Source of the DNA: Clostridia bacterium
Lineage (GTDB): Bacteria > Bacillota > Clostridia > Christensenellales > CAG-138
Assembly: GCA_017539215.1 (NCBI GenBank)
Contig: JAFYHI010000038.1
Location: forward strand, 134 to 64,133
Reading direction: 5' to 3'
Length of the DNA: 64,000 nucleotides
The position numbers and the translations under genes were made by a program. Below the pieces are notes generated by a model, which searched no databases, had not been told where the DNA came from, and worked only from the letters and a program-made list of their open reading frames with translations. Below are positions 47,982 to 57,484 of the stretch, in pieces (positions within the stretch are counted from its first letter, which is position 1; each line of letters starts with the position of its first letter).

Positions 47982-50048
47982 TTATCCGTTTTTGAGTATC
48001 CTGATTATTGCATAGATGAGTCCCGCGACGACCGCGGCTCCTACTATGAACCATACGGCTATCGGCACCTGCAGCAGGCTGAAACCACCGCCGACGTCTT
48101 CCGAGGGTACGGGAGCGGGCTCGTCGGTCGTCTGCGACTTGTCCACGGTAAGCTCCTGGGTCATCAGCAGCTCTTCGGGTCTGCCGCCCGCCGAGGCGTA
48201 AAGCTCCACCGTGTATTCGCCGGGCTCCGGTACTGTCTGTTCGGATAACAGCAGTGTTCCAAGTGCGGTTTCGTTTTCGGCGCATTCCGAGAACAGCTCA
48301 AATTCCTTGCCCTTTTTTCCAGTTCCCTTTACCCTGACTCCCGTTATACCGGCGTCGTTATGCACGAAGCCCTCTATCATAAGTGCGCCTTCAAACATGA
48401 ACCTTGCCTGAGTATCCCATGCGTATTGCCCCTCCTGCCACACGGCGTACAGTACCGGGAACAAAAGCCCGGTAACGCTTTCGCCGGGAGATACCGTCCT
48501 GCCTGTTCCGTCGGCAGAGGTGTTCCATCCCATGAACTTGTACCCGAACCTTGCAGGCTGTTCCTCGGGAACGGTGAAGGAATCAATGTAGCATTCTCCG
48601 TTCGGCGCGCCGTCGCCGCCGTTTGCATTATAGGATACGCACACGGCTCCGGTGCCGATCGAAAAAGTACTGTGCGATTCGCGCGTCAGCACCATATCCT
48701 CTCTGCCGGGTATGCTTGCCCTTACAGTAACGGTGATAAGGCAGTCGTAAATGCCGCCGGAAAAATTTGCGTTTTTCAGCGACTCGGCAAGCTCCGTCCC
48801 CGCAAGCGACGCCGTACCGTGCGTATGCGGTGCATATTGCCCCGTGAATACCGTCGTGCCGTCAGGCAATGCTATTTTGATATCGACAAGCTCTATTTCA
48901 TGCCGCGAATGAACTGCTGCGTCAAGCTCCGGAGCTTCGCCCACGGGGTGTTCCCGCGTCAGCGCATCGCCGTAGTCGACCGTTATGTCGTTTATTACGC
49001 AGGCAAAAGCAAGTTCGCCCGCGTCTGCCCGGTAGTATTCACCCTCGTGGTACACGGATACGCTGTCGCCGGAAACCCCGCATACCATCACGGGCGAGCC
49101 CGCAGGCAGGGTTTTTTCGGCCGCACCCTTTTTCATCACAAAATCGGTTTGGGAAGTCATTAGCACGGCCGTGGGAGTGCAGGACGTCAGCCCGGCTCCT
49201 TCGATGTACCCGGCAAACCCTTCGGACGAAAGATTCTGCGCCAGCGTATAGGCCTCCGCCGTGCTTTCCGCCTCCATTATAACCGATATAAGCTCCAGCC
49301 CGCCCTGTTCGTAAAGCAACACAAGGCTGTTGTCCATGCCGCTGTCATAACCCGCCTTCAGCCCGGTGCATCCGTCAATGCCAAGCGCGGCATTAGTGTT
49401 TTCAAGCTCTATACTGCGCGCTCCCAAAGAACAGATATATAAGGGGGAGTTGGCAGCCTCGCGGAATATGGGGTGCGTCAGGCACTCTCTTGCCAAAAGC
49501 GCCATATCGTGCGCGGTGGTGTAATGCACGCCGGAGCTTAACCCGTAGCTGTTTTCGAAAGAAGTGCCGGACATGCCAAGCTCAGCGGCGCGCTCGTTCA
49601 TTCTGTTGACGAATGCCTGAGTGCTGCCGGACACGGTCTGCTCTACGGTAAAGGCGGCGTCCGCAGCTCCGCAAAGCATAAGGCCGTACAAAAGGTCGCG
49701 CAGAGTCGGCGTATCATCTTCTTTAAGACCCATCTGTGCCGCCCTTGCACTCCATGTGGAATTGACCTTATTCAGCGGATCAAGCGAATCGTCCCAGGCG
49801 TCGTCCGGCGTTGACTCTATCAGCAGCAGCGCCGTCATCAGCACAGTAAGCGAGCCGGGCTTGACCTGCTTGGCGCTGTTCGCCTCGCTTATGACAGCGC
49901 CGCTTCCCGCGTCCATAAGCGCGGCTGATGCGCCGCCGGCGTTCGTAAACCCCGCGCCGGCATCAGGGGGGAGGGTGTACGCAAAAGCGCCCACGGCCCA
50001 GACCGACGTAAGGAAAACAGATATGATAAAAGCCGAAATGCGTTTCAT
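47982..50048 (-). CDS. S11/PBP5-like protein with degenerate active site, Listeria-Bacteroides-type repeat and C-terminal TM anchor
   Basis: Signal peptide and an S11-like N-terminal fold, but SxxK reads SLTV, SxN reads GAA, and KTG reads KAG. The repeat NGGDG...GYKFMGWNTSADGTG...LYAVW lies at 48438-48644. Hydrophobic C-terminus. Confidence 0.8.
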   Translation of the reverse strand: MKRISAFIISVFLTSVWAVGAFAYTLPPDAGAGFTNAGGASAALMDAGSGAVISEANSAKQVKPGSLTVLMTALLLIESTPDDAWDDSLDPLNKVNSTWSARAAQMGLKEDDTPTLRDLLYGLMLCGAADAAFTVEQTVSGSTQAFVNRMNERAAELGMSGTSFENSYGLSSGVHYTTAHDMALLARECLTHPIFREAANSPLYICSLGARSIELENTNAALGIDGCTGLKAGYDSGMDNSLVLLYEQGGLELISVIMEAESTAEAYTLAQNLSSEGFAGYIEGAGLTSCTPTAVLMTSQTDFVMKKGAAEKTLPAGSPVMVCGVSGDSVSVYHEGEYYRADAGELAFACVINDITVDYGDALTREHPVGEAPELDAAVHSRHEIELVDIKIALPDGTTVFTGQYAPHTHGTASLAGTELAESLKNANFSGGIYDCLITVTVRASIPGREDMVLTRESHSTFSIGTGAVCVSYNANGGDGAPNGECYIDSFTVPEEQPARFGYKFMGWNTSADGTGRTVSPGESVTGLLFPVLYAVWQEGQYAWDTQARFMFEGALMIEGFVHNDAGITGVRVKGTGKKGKEFELFSECAENETALGTLLLSEQTVPEPGEYTVELYASAGGRPEELLMTQELTVDKSQTTDEPAPVPSEDVGGGFSLLQVPIAVWFIVGAAVVAGLIYAIIRILKNG

Positions 50049-50098
50049 TTCAACCTCCGGAACGTACTTTTCCTTATTTTAACCCATCTATTCGCTTC

Positions 50099-50127
50099 TT
50101 GCAAGCCATTATCCCGTGTGCTATAAT
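50099..50127 (+). promoter_or_regulatory. Promoter candidate for glmM (TTGCAA-17-TATAAT, TG-extended)
   Basis: TTGCAA at 50099-50104, TGcTATAAT at 50119-50127. Confidence 0.5.
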
Positions 50128-50199
50128 AAATATTCGGAATGGGGCGTCTGCCGAGCGTTCGGCTCACGAAACCATAATGCATCTATCAAGGAGGCGGCT

Positions 50200-51552
50200 A
50201 TGTCCAAATACTTTGGTACGGACGGCTTCAGAGGCGAGGCCGGCGTCGATCTTACAGTGGATCATGCGTTTAAAATAGGCAGGTTTCTCGGACACTATTT
50301 CGAGAGGGACCGCGAATGCCGCGTTGTTATAGGCAAGGATACAAGGCTTTCAAGCTATATGTTCGAGTGCGCGCTTACGGCGGGGCTTACATCCTCCGGC
50401 GCGGACGTTTACCTTATGCACGTTACTACGACTCCCAGCGTTTCGTACATCGTACGCTCCGAGGGTTTCGACTGCGGGATCATGATCTCCGCTTCGCATA
50501 ACGCGTATCACGACAACGGCATAAAGCTCATCAATTCTCGGGGCGAGAAGATGGAGGATTCCGTCATAGACGTTATAGAAAGGTATCTTGACGGCGCACT
50601 TCCCGATCCGCCCTATGCAACGGGTTCCCGTATCGGCCGCGCGATCGACCATGCTGCCGGATGCAACCGCTATATCGGTTACGTCATTTCGCTCGCAACC
50701 CACTCCTACAACGGAAAGAGAATAGGCCTTGACTGCGCAAACGGCTCTACGTGGGCGATAGCAAAGAGCGTTTTCGACGCACTCGGCGCAGAGACCTACG
50801 TTATCGGCAATTCCCCGGACGGCACCAATATCAACGCCGATTGCGGCTCCACGCATATTGAGGCTCTGCAGCGCCTTGTGCGCGAAAAACATCTTGACGC
50901 GGGCTTTGCATTCGACGGTGATGCCGACCGCTGCCTTGCCGTCAACGAAAAGGGCGAGGTCGTAAACGGCGACGCCATACTCTTTATCTGCGGGAGGCAT
51001 ATGCACCAAAAGGACGCGCTTGCAAACGATACCGTCGTGACAACGGTCATGAGCAATTTCGGCCTGTATAAGGCATTTGACGCCTGCGGCATAAAGTACG
51101 AAAAGACCGCAGTCGGCGACAAATACGTTTATGAAAACATGCGTCAGAACGGGCATCTTCTTGGCGGCGAGCAGTCGGGCCACATAATCTTCTCCAAGTA
51201 TGCCACGACGGGCGACGGCCTTATCACGGCCATAAAGGTGATGCAGGTGATGCTTGATCGCAAGCTTCCGCTTTCGGAGCTGACCGCTGATCTCGAAACG
51301 TATCCGCAGGTGCTTAAAAACGTCAGAGTGCCTGACAAGGACGCCGCGCTTGCGGACCCGGACGTCGTCAAGGCCGTTGAGGATGTCTCCGCGTCGCTCG
51401 GTGATAACGGCCGCATACTTCTGCGCAAATCAGGCACCGAACCGGTGCTTCGCGTAATGGTGGAGGCCCCCACGCATGATGAATGCGAATCTTTGGTTGA
51501 TTCCGTCATCGGCGTAATGCGTGATAAGGGCCTGGTGCTTACGGTAAAGTGA
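50200..51552 (+). CDS. glmM: Phosphoglucosamine mutase
   Basis: MSKYFGTDGFRG, active site SASHNAYHDNGIK, metal loop FDGDADR. AAGGAGG lies upstream of the ATG. Confidence 0.92.
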   Translation: MSKYFGTDGFRGEAGVDLTVDHAFKIGRFLGHYFERDRECRVVIGKDTRLSSYMFECALTAGLTSSGADVYLMHVTTTPSVSYIVRSEGFDCGIMISASHNAYHDNGIKLINSRGEKMEDSVIDVIERYLDGALPDPPYATGSRIGRAIDHAAGCNRYIGYVISLATHSYNGKRIGLDCANGSTWAIAKSVFDALGAETYVIGNSPDGTNINADCGSTHIEALQRLVREKHLDAGFAFDGDADRCLAVNEKGEVVNGDAILFICGRHMHQKDALANDTVVTTVMSNFGLYKAFDACGIKYEKTAVGDKYVYENMRQNGHLLGGEQSGHIIFSKYATTGDGLITAIKVMQVMLDRKLPLSELTADLETYPQVLKNVRVPDKDAALADPDVVKAVEDVSASLGDNGRILLRKSGTEPVLRVMVEAPTHDECESLVDSVIGVMRDKGLVLTVK

Positions 51553-51559
51553 GGGCGTC

Positions 51560-52219
51560 ATGTATACTGTAAACGATCTTTATGACCTTGACCGAACTTT
51601 GGCGCGCCGTCTTTTTGACGGACTGACCTATCCGTGGGAGGCGCTCGATCTTATCAAGCCCTTTATTCTGCAGCTTGGCAAGTCCCTTCCCGCCGATGAG
51701 TTCGACTCTCCGGAGGAGGGCGTTTGGATAGCGAAGGATGCACACGTTTTCGCCTCCGCGTATATCGGCGCTCCGTGCATCATCGATCACGGCGCAGAGG
51801 TTCGCCATTGCGCGTTTATACGCGGCAGCGCCATAATCGGCAAAAACTGCGTCGTCGGCAACTCCGTTGAGCTTAAAAACGTCGTGCTTTTCGACGGCGT
51901 TCAGGTACCGCATTACAATTACGTCGGCGACTCCATTCTGGGGTACAAGTCCCATATGGGCGCCGGCTCCATCACGTCAAACGTCAAGAGCGACAAAACT
52001 CTCGTATGTGTAAAGGGCAAGGGAGAGACTATCGAAACGGGACGCAAAAAGTTCGGCGCAATGCTCGGCGACTTCGTTGAAGTCGGCTGCAACTCGGTTC
52101 TGAATCCGGGTACGGTCATAGGCCGCTGCACTAACATCTATCCCGTTTCCCGCGTTCGCGGCGTGATACCGGCAAACAGTATTTTTAAGGGCCCGGACGA
52201 TATAGTCGAAAAGAAGTAA
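51560..52219 (+). CDS. Left-handed beta-helix (hexapeptide-repeat) acyltransferase, GlmU C-terminal-domain-like
   Basis: Hexapeptide periodicity in IGAPCIIDHGAEVRHCAFIRGSAIIGKNCVVGNSVELKNVVLFDG. 219 aa with no nucleotidyltransferase domain. Confidence 0.65.
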   Translation: MYTVNDLYDLDRTLARRLFDGLTYPWEALDLIKPFILQLGKSLPADEFDSPEEGVWIAKDAHVFASAYIGAPCIIDHGAEVRHCAFIRGSAIIGKNCVVGNSVELKNVVLFDGVQVPHYNYVGDSILGYKSHMGAGSITSNVKSDKTLVCVKGKGETIETGRKKFGAMLGDFVEVGCNSVLNPGTVIGRCTNIYPVSRVRGVIPANSIFKGPDDIVEKK

Positions 52220-52223
52220 CATC

Positions 52224-52247
52224 AAGCCGCAGGCTCGCCTGCGGCTT
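52224..52247. terminator. Hairpin between convergent genes (terminator candidate)
   Basis: AAGCCGCAGG-CTCG-CCTGCGGCTT. The U-tracts are weak in both directions. Confidence 0.45.
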
Positions 52248-52658
52248 TCAAATCAGGTTTTCAAGCGACGCCTCGTTGGTCGCATACAGCCGTTCAAGCT
52301 CCGTCAGCACTGCGGTCAGCTCCGCCAAAAGCTGCGCCTTGTCGCCGGCCTCGGCAAGCTCCGACGCGGCGGAAAGCGCGTGGCAGAGGTCCGTCACGCC
52401 GTCGTGGTCAAACAGCATCAGCAGCACGCTTTTTTCCGCATTGGTCTTTTCAGCCATCTCCAGTATAAGTATCTGAGCTTTCTCGGTTTCTGACGTTTGC
52501 GTCAATTCTATTGCCGCTCTTGCTCTTGGTTCAAGATATGACTTCAGCTTATTAAGCTTCATCTGCGGCAGTATGCACGCGGCGATCAGCATTGCGGCGG
52601 CGGCCCCTGCGAACAACGCCGATGCGGCACGCGCTTTGATCAGATTCCTTCTATCCAC
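52248..52658 (-). CDS. DUF4363-like small membrane-anchored protein
   Basis: N-terminal TM helix plus a helical domain. Sits immediately after, and overlapping, a DUF421/YetF-like gene, which is the usual pairing. Confidence 0.55.
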   Translation of the reverse strand: MDRRNLIKARAASALFAGAAAAMLIAACILPQMKLNKLKSYLEPRARAAIELTQTSETEKAQILILEMAEKTNAEKSVLLMLFDHDGVTDLCHALSAASELAEAGDKAQLLAELTAVLTELERLYATNEASLENLI

Positions 52659-53340
52659 CCGCTCCTCCTATTGAAAGCCTTACGGGTACTCCCGATCTGC
52701 TTCCTTCCTTGATCTGCAAAACGAACCGTCCGTCCGATTCGATACAGACATACAAACACTCTTTTATCTTGACATCGGCATACTTTTTCAATCCGGCTTC
52801 AAGTTCCCGCTCGTTAAGGCCGGCAGCCTCAAGACTTCCTCTGACAACGGCCCCGTCGGTCACCGCAAGCACAGACGGGCGCTCGGCCTGCGTGCCGCCT
52901 TCTTTTTTCATTGCGCTGAGGCTGCCGTTCGTTTCCATAATACAGTATTTCACGTCAACAGGCGAGAATACGTCCTTCAGCCTGAGCTGCTCGAACAATT
53001 CGAACACGGTCATGCTTACGGCCTTCAAAGCATCTTCGAGTATCACGCCTTCCCGAATCAGCATTACCGGAGACCCGTTCACGATACGTCTTACGGGCTC
53101 GCTTTTCATTGCAAGCTTTGCGGCAAAACCGTGCAGCAAAAACAGCGTCAGCACCGGCACAAGCCCGTATAACAGAGGTATCGACCCGTCCGTTATAGGC
53201 GCCGAGGCCGAGTCTGCTATCAAAAGCGACACAACAAGGTCAAAAGGCTGCATGTCCGAAAGCTGTCTTTTTCCCATCAGCCGCATCACTCCGAATACGG
53301 CAGTATAGATTATCACCGTTCTTGCCAATACCGTGATCAT
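52651..53340 (-). CDS. DUF421 (YetF-like) membrane protein
   Basis: From ATG 53340: VIIYTAVFGVMRLMGKRQLSDMQPFDLVVSLLIADSA is typical of the YetF N-terminal region. Confidence 0.65.
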   Translation of the reverse strand: MITVLARTVIIYTAVFGVMRLMGKRQLSDMQPFDLVVSLLIADSASAPITDGSIPLLYGLVPVLTLFLLHGFAAKLAMKSEPVRRIVNGSPVMLIREGVILEDALKAVSMTVFELFEQLRLKDVFSPVDVKYCIMETNGSLSAMKKEGGTQAERPSVLAVTDGAVVRGSLEAAGLNERELEAGLKKYADVKIKECLYVCIESDGRFVLQIKEGSRSGVPVRLSIGGAGG

Positions 53341-53437
53341 GCTGTTATTATGTAAAAAAGGGCCTGCGCTTATTCCGCGAAAAAGATTGAAAACAGCGTT
53401 CGCCTGTGGTATCATATCCAAAAACCGGGAGGTGCTT

Positions 53438-53869
53438 ATGAAGGCTGTTCGTATTTTGGCGGCGGTATTGGCAGTCGCTGCGCTCATGACCTGCGGCTGT
53501 ACGGGCAACAAAAAACAGCCCGATGAGCTGCCCAAAATGGCGTCGGATCCGGAGCTTCTGAAAATGTGGGACGCATACTCCATGCTCGACGGCGTACCCC
53601 GTTATTCGCTCGGGGGTATATTCGACAATTTCTATACAGGCGAAGACGGGTCTGTTGTGGTTTCGTTCTTCGGCGTAACCGCAGATGATTACGAGGCCTA
53701 CTGCGCCGAAGTGCTGGCATCGGGCTACCACCTGAAGGAAGGCTCGGATATCTGGGTAAATCAGGGCATGTCCGGCGTACCCATATTCTATAAGGGGACG
53801 AAAGGCCTGACTCTGATCTGGAATATGAACGGGAATCTCGATATCAGCTCCGAACCGACTGTCAACTGA
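53438..53869 (+). CDS. Small lipoprotein of unknown function
   Basis: GGAGGTG lies upstream of ATG 53438. Lipobox LMTCGC. 143 aa. Confidence 0.6.
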   Translation: MKAVRILAAVLAVAALMTCGCTGNKKQPDELPKMASDPELLKMWDAYSMLDGVPRYSLGGIFDNFYTGEDGSVVVSFFGVTADDYEAYCAEVLASGYHLKEGSDIWVNQGMSGVPIFYKGTKGLTLIWNMNGNLDISSEPTVN

Positions 53870-54971
53870 ACAGCCCGCGGCTGTCGAATATCCGCAGATA
53901 AAGGGCGACGTCTTCTTCGTACGAATCGACGCCCTTTTCCTGATCGTTCGCCTTAAGATATCCGTCGTTCAGCTCCTGCGCGCTCTTCCTCAATTCGCTC
54001 TCATACTTATCGCAGTGCGCGGAGTAGTCCTTAAGGTCGCGCAGTACCGCCTCTGCGTAAGTGCCAGAGATCTCGTCGTATGCGTCGGGGTCCGCCTTGT
54101 AAAGCGCGCTCATGCAGTGCACAAGGGCGTGCATCGCGGCTGAGTATTTGAGAGCATGGCTGTTAGAAGCCTCGCAAACGAGATACCCCAGGAAATTGGC
54201 ATCCTCTTCCGCGGCATACCCCAGGTAATGCGCGGTCTCGTGAGCTGCCGAATGCGCAAGAAAGAGAGAAGGCTCGTTTGTGTTTACGTTTGGCTCTTCT
54301 GTCAAAAAAACGAATATACCCGTTATACCGAGCGCTGAGAACAATTCCGACGAAGCAAGCCCCTTTACCTGCGGCACGTCGCCGCAGAAAGAAGGATGCA
54401 GCTTTGAAAAATCACCGAACGCTTCCTGAACATCCTGCCGGATGTCGGAAAAATCCTCCGAAAATACTCCGTTGCCTCCGCGCGTGACAAGCTCAGCTTC
54501 AGCATTCGCCTCCTGCGACAGCTTTACGCACAGCGCGTAAAGTTCCTCAGTAGAGTATTCACGGTCAGGAAGATCGAGCTTTTCCGCTAATCCCATGCGG
54601 TGGTAGTTTAATCCCCACATCAAATAAAACGCCGAAACAAGATACGCAAAAGTCACGGCGACGCTTATCAAAAACGAAAGCATCCTTATCAGAGCGTCGC
54701 GCTTGAATGAGAACAGCCTTACTGCATGGATTATAAACAGCACGCAAAGAGTCAGCGCAGCGCCCAAAAAAACGGTCTCCGCCGCAGAGAACGGAAGTGC
54801 GCGCGTGAGTTTTGAAACGGCGTCCCTTATCATTGGATACAGACCGTTCGAATACAGCCCTTCCACGACGGAGGGTGCTTTTTTTGCGGCGTTCGTCAGC
54901 AGAAAAGTCAGCGGCAGCACCAAAAGCTGCGGCAGCCTTGCAAGCTGGCGCGGCAGGGAATACTCTCGCAT
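53862..54971 (-). CDS. DUF3810-like membrane protein with HExxH motif
   Basis: Several N-terminal TM segments, then HSAAHETAHYLGY (HExxH), suggesting a zinc-metallopeptidase-like fold. Confidence 0.6.
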   Translation of the reverse strand: MREYSLPRQLARLPQLLVLPLTFLLTNAAKKAPSVVEGLYSNGLYPMIRDAVSKLTRALPFSAAETVFLGAALTLCVLFIIHAVRLFSFKRDALIRMLSFLISVAVTFAYLVSAFYLMWGLNYHRMGLAEKLDLPDREYSTEELYALCVKLSQEANAEAELVTRGGNGVFSEDFSDIRQDVQEAFGDFSKLHPSFCGDVPQVKGLASSELFSALGITGIFVFLTEEPNVNTNEPSLFLAHSAAHETAHYLGYAAEEDANFLGYLVCEASNSHALKYSAAMHALVHCMSALYKADPDAYDEISGTYAEAVLRDLKDYSAHCDKYESELRKSAQELNDGYLKANDQEKGVDSYEEDVALYLRIFDSRGLFS

Positions 54972-55104
54972 CTGCAGCCTCCTTCGTTTTCTATATGATT
55001 AGTATATCCCCGTAAAGCTTACAGCGCAATCGTCATTTTTGAGGGGGTACGCACTTTTTGTGTCAAAAAAAGAACGAGGGAAACAAGTTTTATATACGAA
55101 AACA

Positions 55105-55133
55105 TTGACAGCCCGCCTCCGCGGTGATAAAAT
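55105..55133 (+). promoter_or_regulatory. Promoter candidate for rnfCDGEAB (TTGACA-17-TAAAAT, TG-extended)
   Basis: TTGACA at 55105-55110, TGaTAAAAT at 55125-55133. The roughly 60-nt leader contains the hairpin GCGGGCATATGTGCCCGC at 55155-55172. Confidence 0.5.
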
Positions 55134-55199
55134 ATATCGGTGGATATACAGCTTGCGGGCATATGTGCCCGCACCGCCGTTAATCGGCAGAACGGAGTT

Positions 55200-56534
55200 A
55201 TGATGGCAAAAAGTTTTCTTAAAGCCCTGACAGGCGTTCATGTGCCTCACAGGAAGAATACCGCGCTGATGGAGGCTGTCAGGATGCCTGCTCCCGCAGA
55301 GGTGGTCATTCCCACGGTGATGCATATCGGAGCGCCGGCCAAACCCGTTGTAAAGCCCGGGCAAAAGGTCAAGGTGGGCGAGCTTATCGCGGAGTCGGGC
55401 GGCTTTATATCTGCGCCCGTACACGCATCTGTTTCCGGAACGGTCAAAAAGATAGAGGATATAGTTCTTTCCAACGGGCGAATGGCCCCCGCCGTTTTTA
55501 TTGAGTCCGACGGCGAGATGGCCCCGTTCGAGGGCATTGCCCCGCCCAAGGTAGACACGCTTGCAGACCTTGCCGACGCCGTTCGTCAAAGCGGTATAGT
55601 CGGCCTTGGCGGAGCCGGCTTCCCCACAAGCGTCAAGCTTGCAATAAAGGATATAGAGCAGGCGGAGTATTTCGTCATAAACGGCGCGGAGTGTGAGCCT
55701 TACATAACGAGCGATACCCGAACGATGCTCGACTATACCGATTACGTCGTGCGCGGCGCCCGCCGCATCGCGGATTACTTAAAGCCCAAGGCCGTTTATA
55801 TCGGCATTGAAAACAACAAGCCCAAGTCCATACTTGCGCTGCGCGAGCGGTTCAAAGACGACAGGCGCGTTATCGTAAAGGCCCTTCCTCCCATGTACCC
55901 TCAGGGCGGCGAAAAGGTGCTTATCTACAACACCACCGGCCGCATCGTGCCGGAGGGCAAACTGCCCCTTGACGTGGGTGTTGTCATAATGAACGTGACG
56001 ACGCTTGCAAATATCGAGATGTACATAGAAACCGGCATGCCGCTTGTCGAAAAGCTCGTTACCGTCGACGGTTCCGCGGTTGCTGAACCTAAGAACGTGC
56101 TCGTTCCCATCGGCACAAAGGTCGGCGATGTGTTTGAGTTTTGCGGCGGCTTTAAGGAGGAGCCGGGCAAGCTCCTCTACGGCGGTCCTATGATGGGCAC
56201 CGCAGTACCCGACCTTGACGCGCCGATTCTCAAAAACACCAATGCGATACTTGCATTCAACAGGCATGATTCAGAGCTGCAGAAGGAGACTCCGTGCATT
56301 CGCTGCGGCAATTGCGTCAATCACTGTCCCATGCGCCTTAACCCGCCCGCCATCGCAAAGGCGTTCAACTTCAAGGACGGTGAAAAGCTATATAAATACC
56401 GTGTTAATCTGTGCATGGAATGCGGCGCCTGTTCGTTCGTATGTCCCGCACATCAGCCCATCGTGCAAAGGCATAAGCTCGCAAAGCTCATGCTGCGCGA
56501 ATGGCAGAATTCCGTAAAGGAGGAAAAGGAATGA
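55200..56534 (+). CDS. rnfC: Electron transport complex subunit RnfC
   Basis: GLGGAGFPT NADH/FMN-site motif and two 4Fe-4S motifs (CIRCGNCVNHCP, CMECGACSFVCP). Confidence 0.92.
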   Translation: MMAKSFLKALTGVHVPHRKNTALMEAVRMPAPAEVVIPTVMHIGAPAKPVVKPGQKVKVGELIAESGGFISAPVHASVSGTVKKIEDIVLSNGRMAPAVFIESDGEMAPFEGIAPPKVDTLADLADAVRQSGIVGLGGAGFPTSVKLAIKDIEQAEYFVINGAECEPYITSDTRTMLDYTDYVVRGARRIADYLKPKAVYIGIENNKPKSILALRERFKDDRRVIVKALPPMYPQGGEKVLIYNTTGRIVPEGKLPLDVGVVIMNVTTLANIEMYIETGMPLVEKLVTVDGSAVAEPKNVLVPIGTKVGDVFEFCGGFKEEPGKLLYGGPMMGTAVPDLDAPILKNTNAILAFNRHDSELQKETPCIRCGNCVNHCPMRLNPPAIAKAFNFKDGEKLYKYRVNLCMECGACSFVCPAHQPIVQRHKLAKLMLREWQNSVKEEKE

Positions 56535-57484
56535 TGGAACAGACTGACAGCGGTAAATTCATCGTTTCGGTCTCGCCGCATATCAATTCCGGCCGCACTA
56601 CGCGGGGCATAATGCTTGACGTTATCATCGCGCTTCTGCCCGCGCTTATAGCCGGATGCGTCATATTCGGGCTTCGCGCGCTGCTTGTCGTATGCGTTTG
56701 CGTCGCTTCATGCCTTGTCGGCGAGACTCTCTTTAACCTTGCAACCAAAAGGCCGCAGACCGCAGGCGATCTTTCGGCTGTCGTAACAGGCCTGATCCTC
56801 GGCATGAACCTGCCTGCGTCCGTAGGCATATATCCCGCGATAGTCGGCAGCCTTTTTGCCATCGTGGTTGTAAAATGCCTTTTCGGCGGGCTTGGGAAAA
56901 ACTTCGCAAACCCCGCTGCGACTGCAAGGGTGTTCATGCTCATCGCCTTTACCGAGACAATGAGCTCCACCGCGGCCATCAGGATCGCAGCAGACGCCGT
57001 CGCTTCCCCCACGCCGCTTGCCGTGCTGGAGGGGGCGGAGGGCAAGCTTCCTTCCATAGTCGATATGCTGCTTGGCTTAAGGGGCGGCGCCATCGGTGAG
57101 ACCTGCGCCGTTGCGCTGCTGCTCGGATTCCTGTATCTGCTTATCCGCAGGGTCATCACCCTGCATACCCCGGTCGTGTACGTCGGCGTCGTGTTCCTGC
57201 TCTCATGGGCGCTGGACGGGAGCGTCACACAGGCGCTGTACCAGGTGCTCTCCGGCGGCCTGCTCATCGGCGCGATATTTATGGCGACCGACTACGTTAC
57301 CACCCCTACTACAAACCTTGGCAAATGCATATTCGCGCTTGGATGCGGGCTGTTAACGGTGCTGATACGCAGGCTCGGAGCTTACCCCGAGGGCGTTTCG
57401 TTCTCCATTTTGCTTATGAACCTGTTTACGGGATTCATTGATAAGGCTTCCGCCAAAAAGCCTCTTGGGGAGGTGAAAGCATGA
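56531..57484 (+). CDS. rnfD: Electron transport complex subunit RnfD
   Basis: VSPHI start region, polytopic, and a flavinylation-region TPL context. ATGA overlap with rnfC. Confidence 0.9.
   Translation: MMEQTDSGKFIVSVSPHINSGRTTRGIMLDVIIALLPALIAGCVIFGLRALLVVCVCVASCLVGETLFNLATKRPQTAGDLSAVVTGLILGMNLPASVGIYPAIVGSLFAIVVVKCLFGGLGKNFANPAATARVFMLIAFTETMSSTAAIRIAADAVASPTPLAVLEGAEGKLPSIVDMLLGLRGGAIGETCAVALLLGFLYLLIRRVITLHTPVVYVGVVFLLSWALDGSVTQALYQVLSGGLLIGAIFMATDYVTTPTTNLGKCIFALGCGLLTVLIRRLGAYPEGVSFSILLMNLFTGFIDKASAKKPLGEVKA

Noticed and set aside
47932-48285. 118-codon N-terminal extension of the amidase ORF
   Set aside because: It overlaps the 3' end of the upstream S11-like gene and is Arg-rich. 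A TTG at 47931, with GGAGGTG 6 nt upstream, yields a normal signal-anchor N-terminus.
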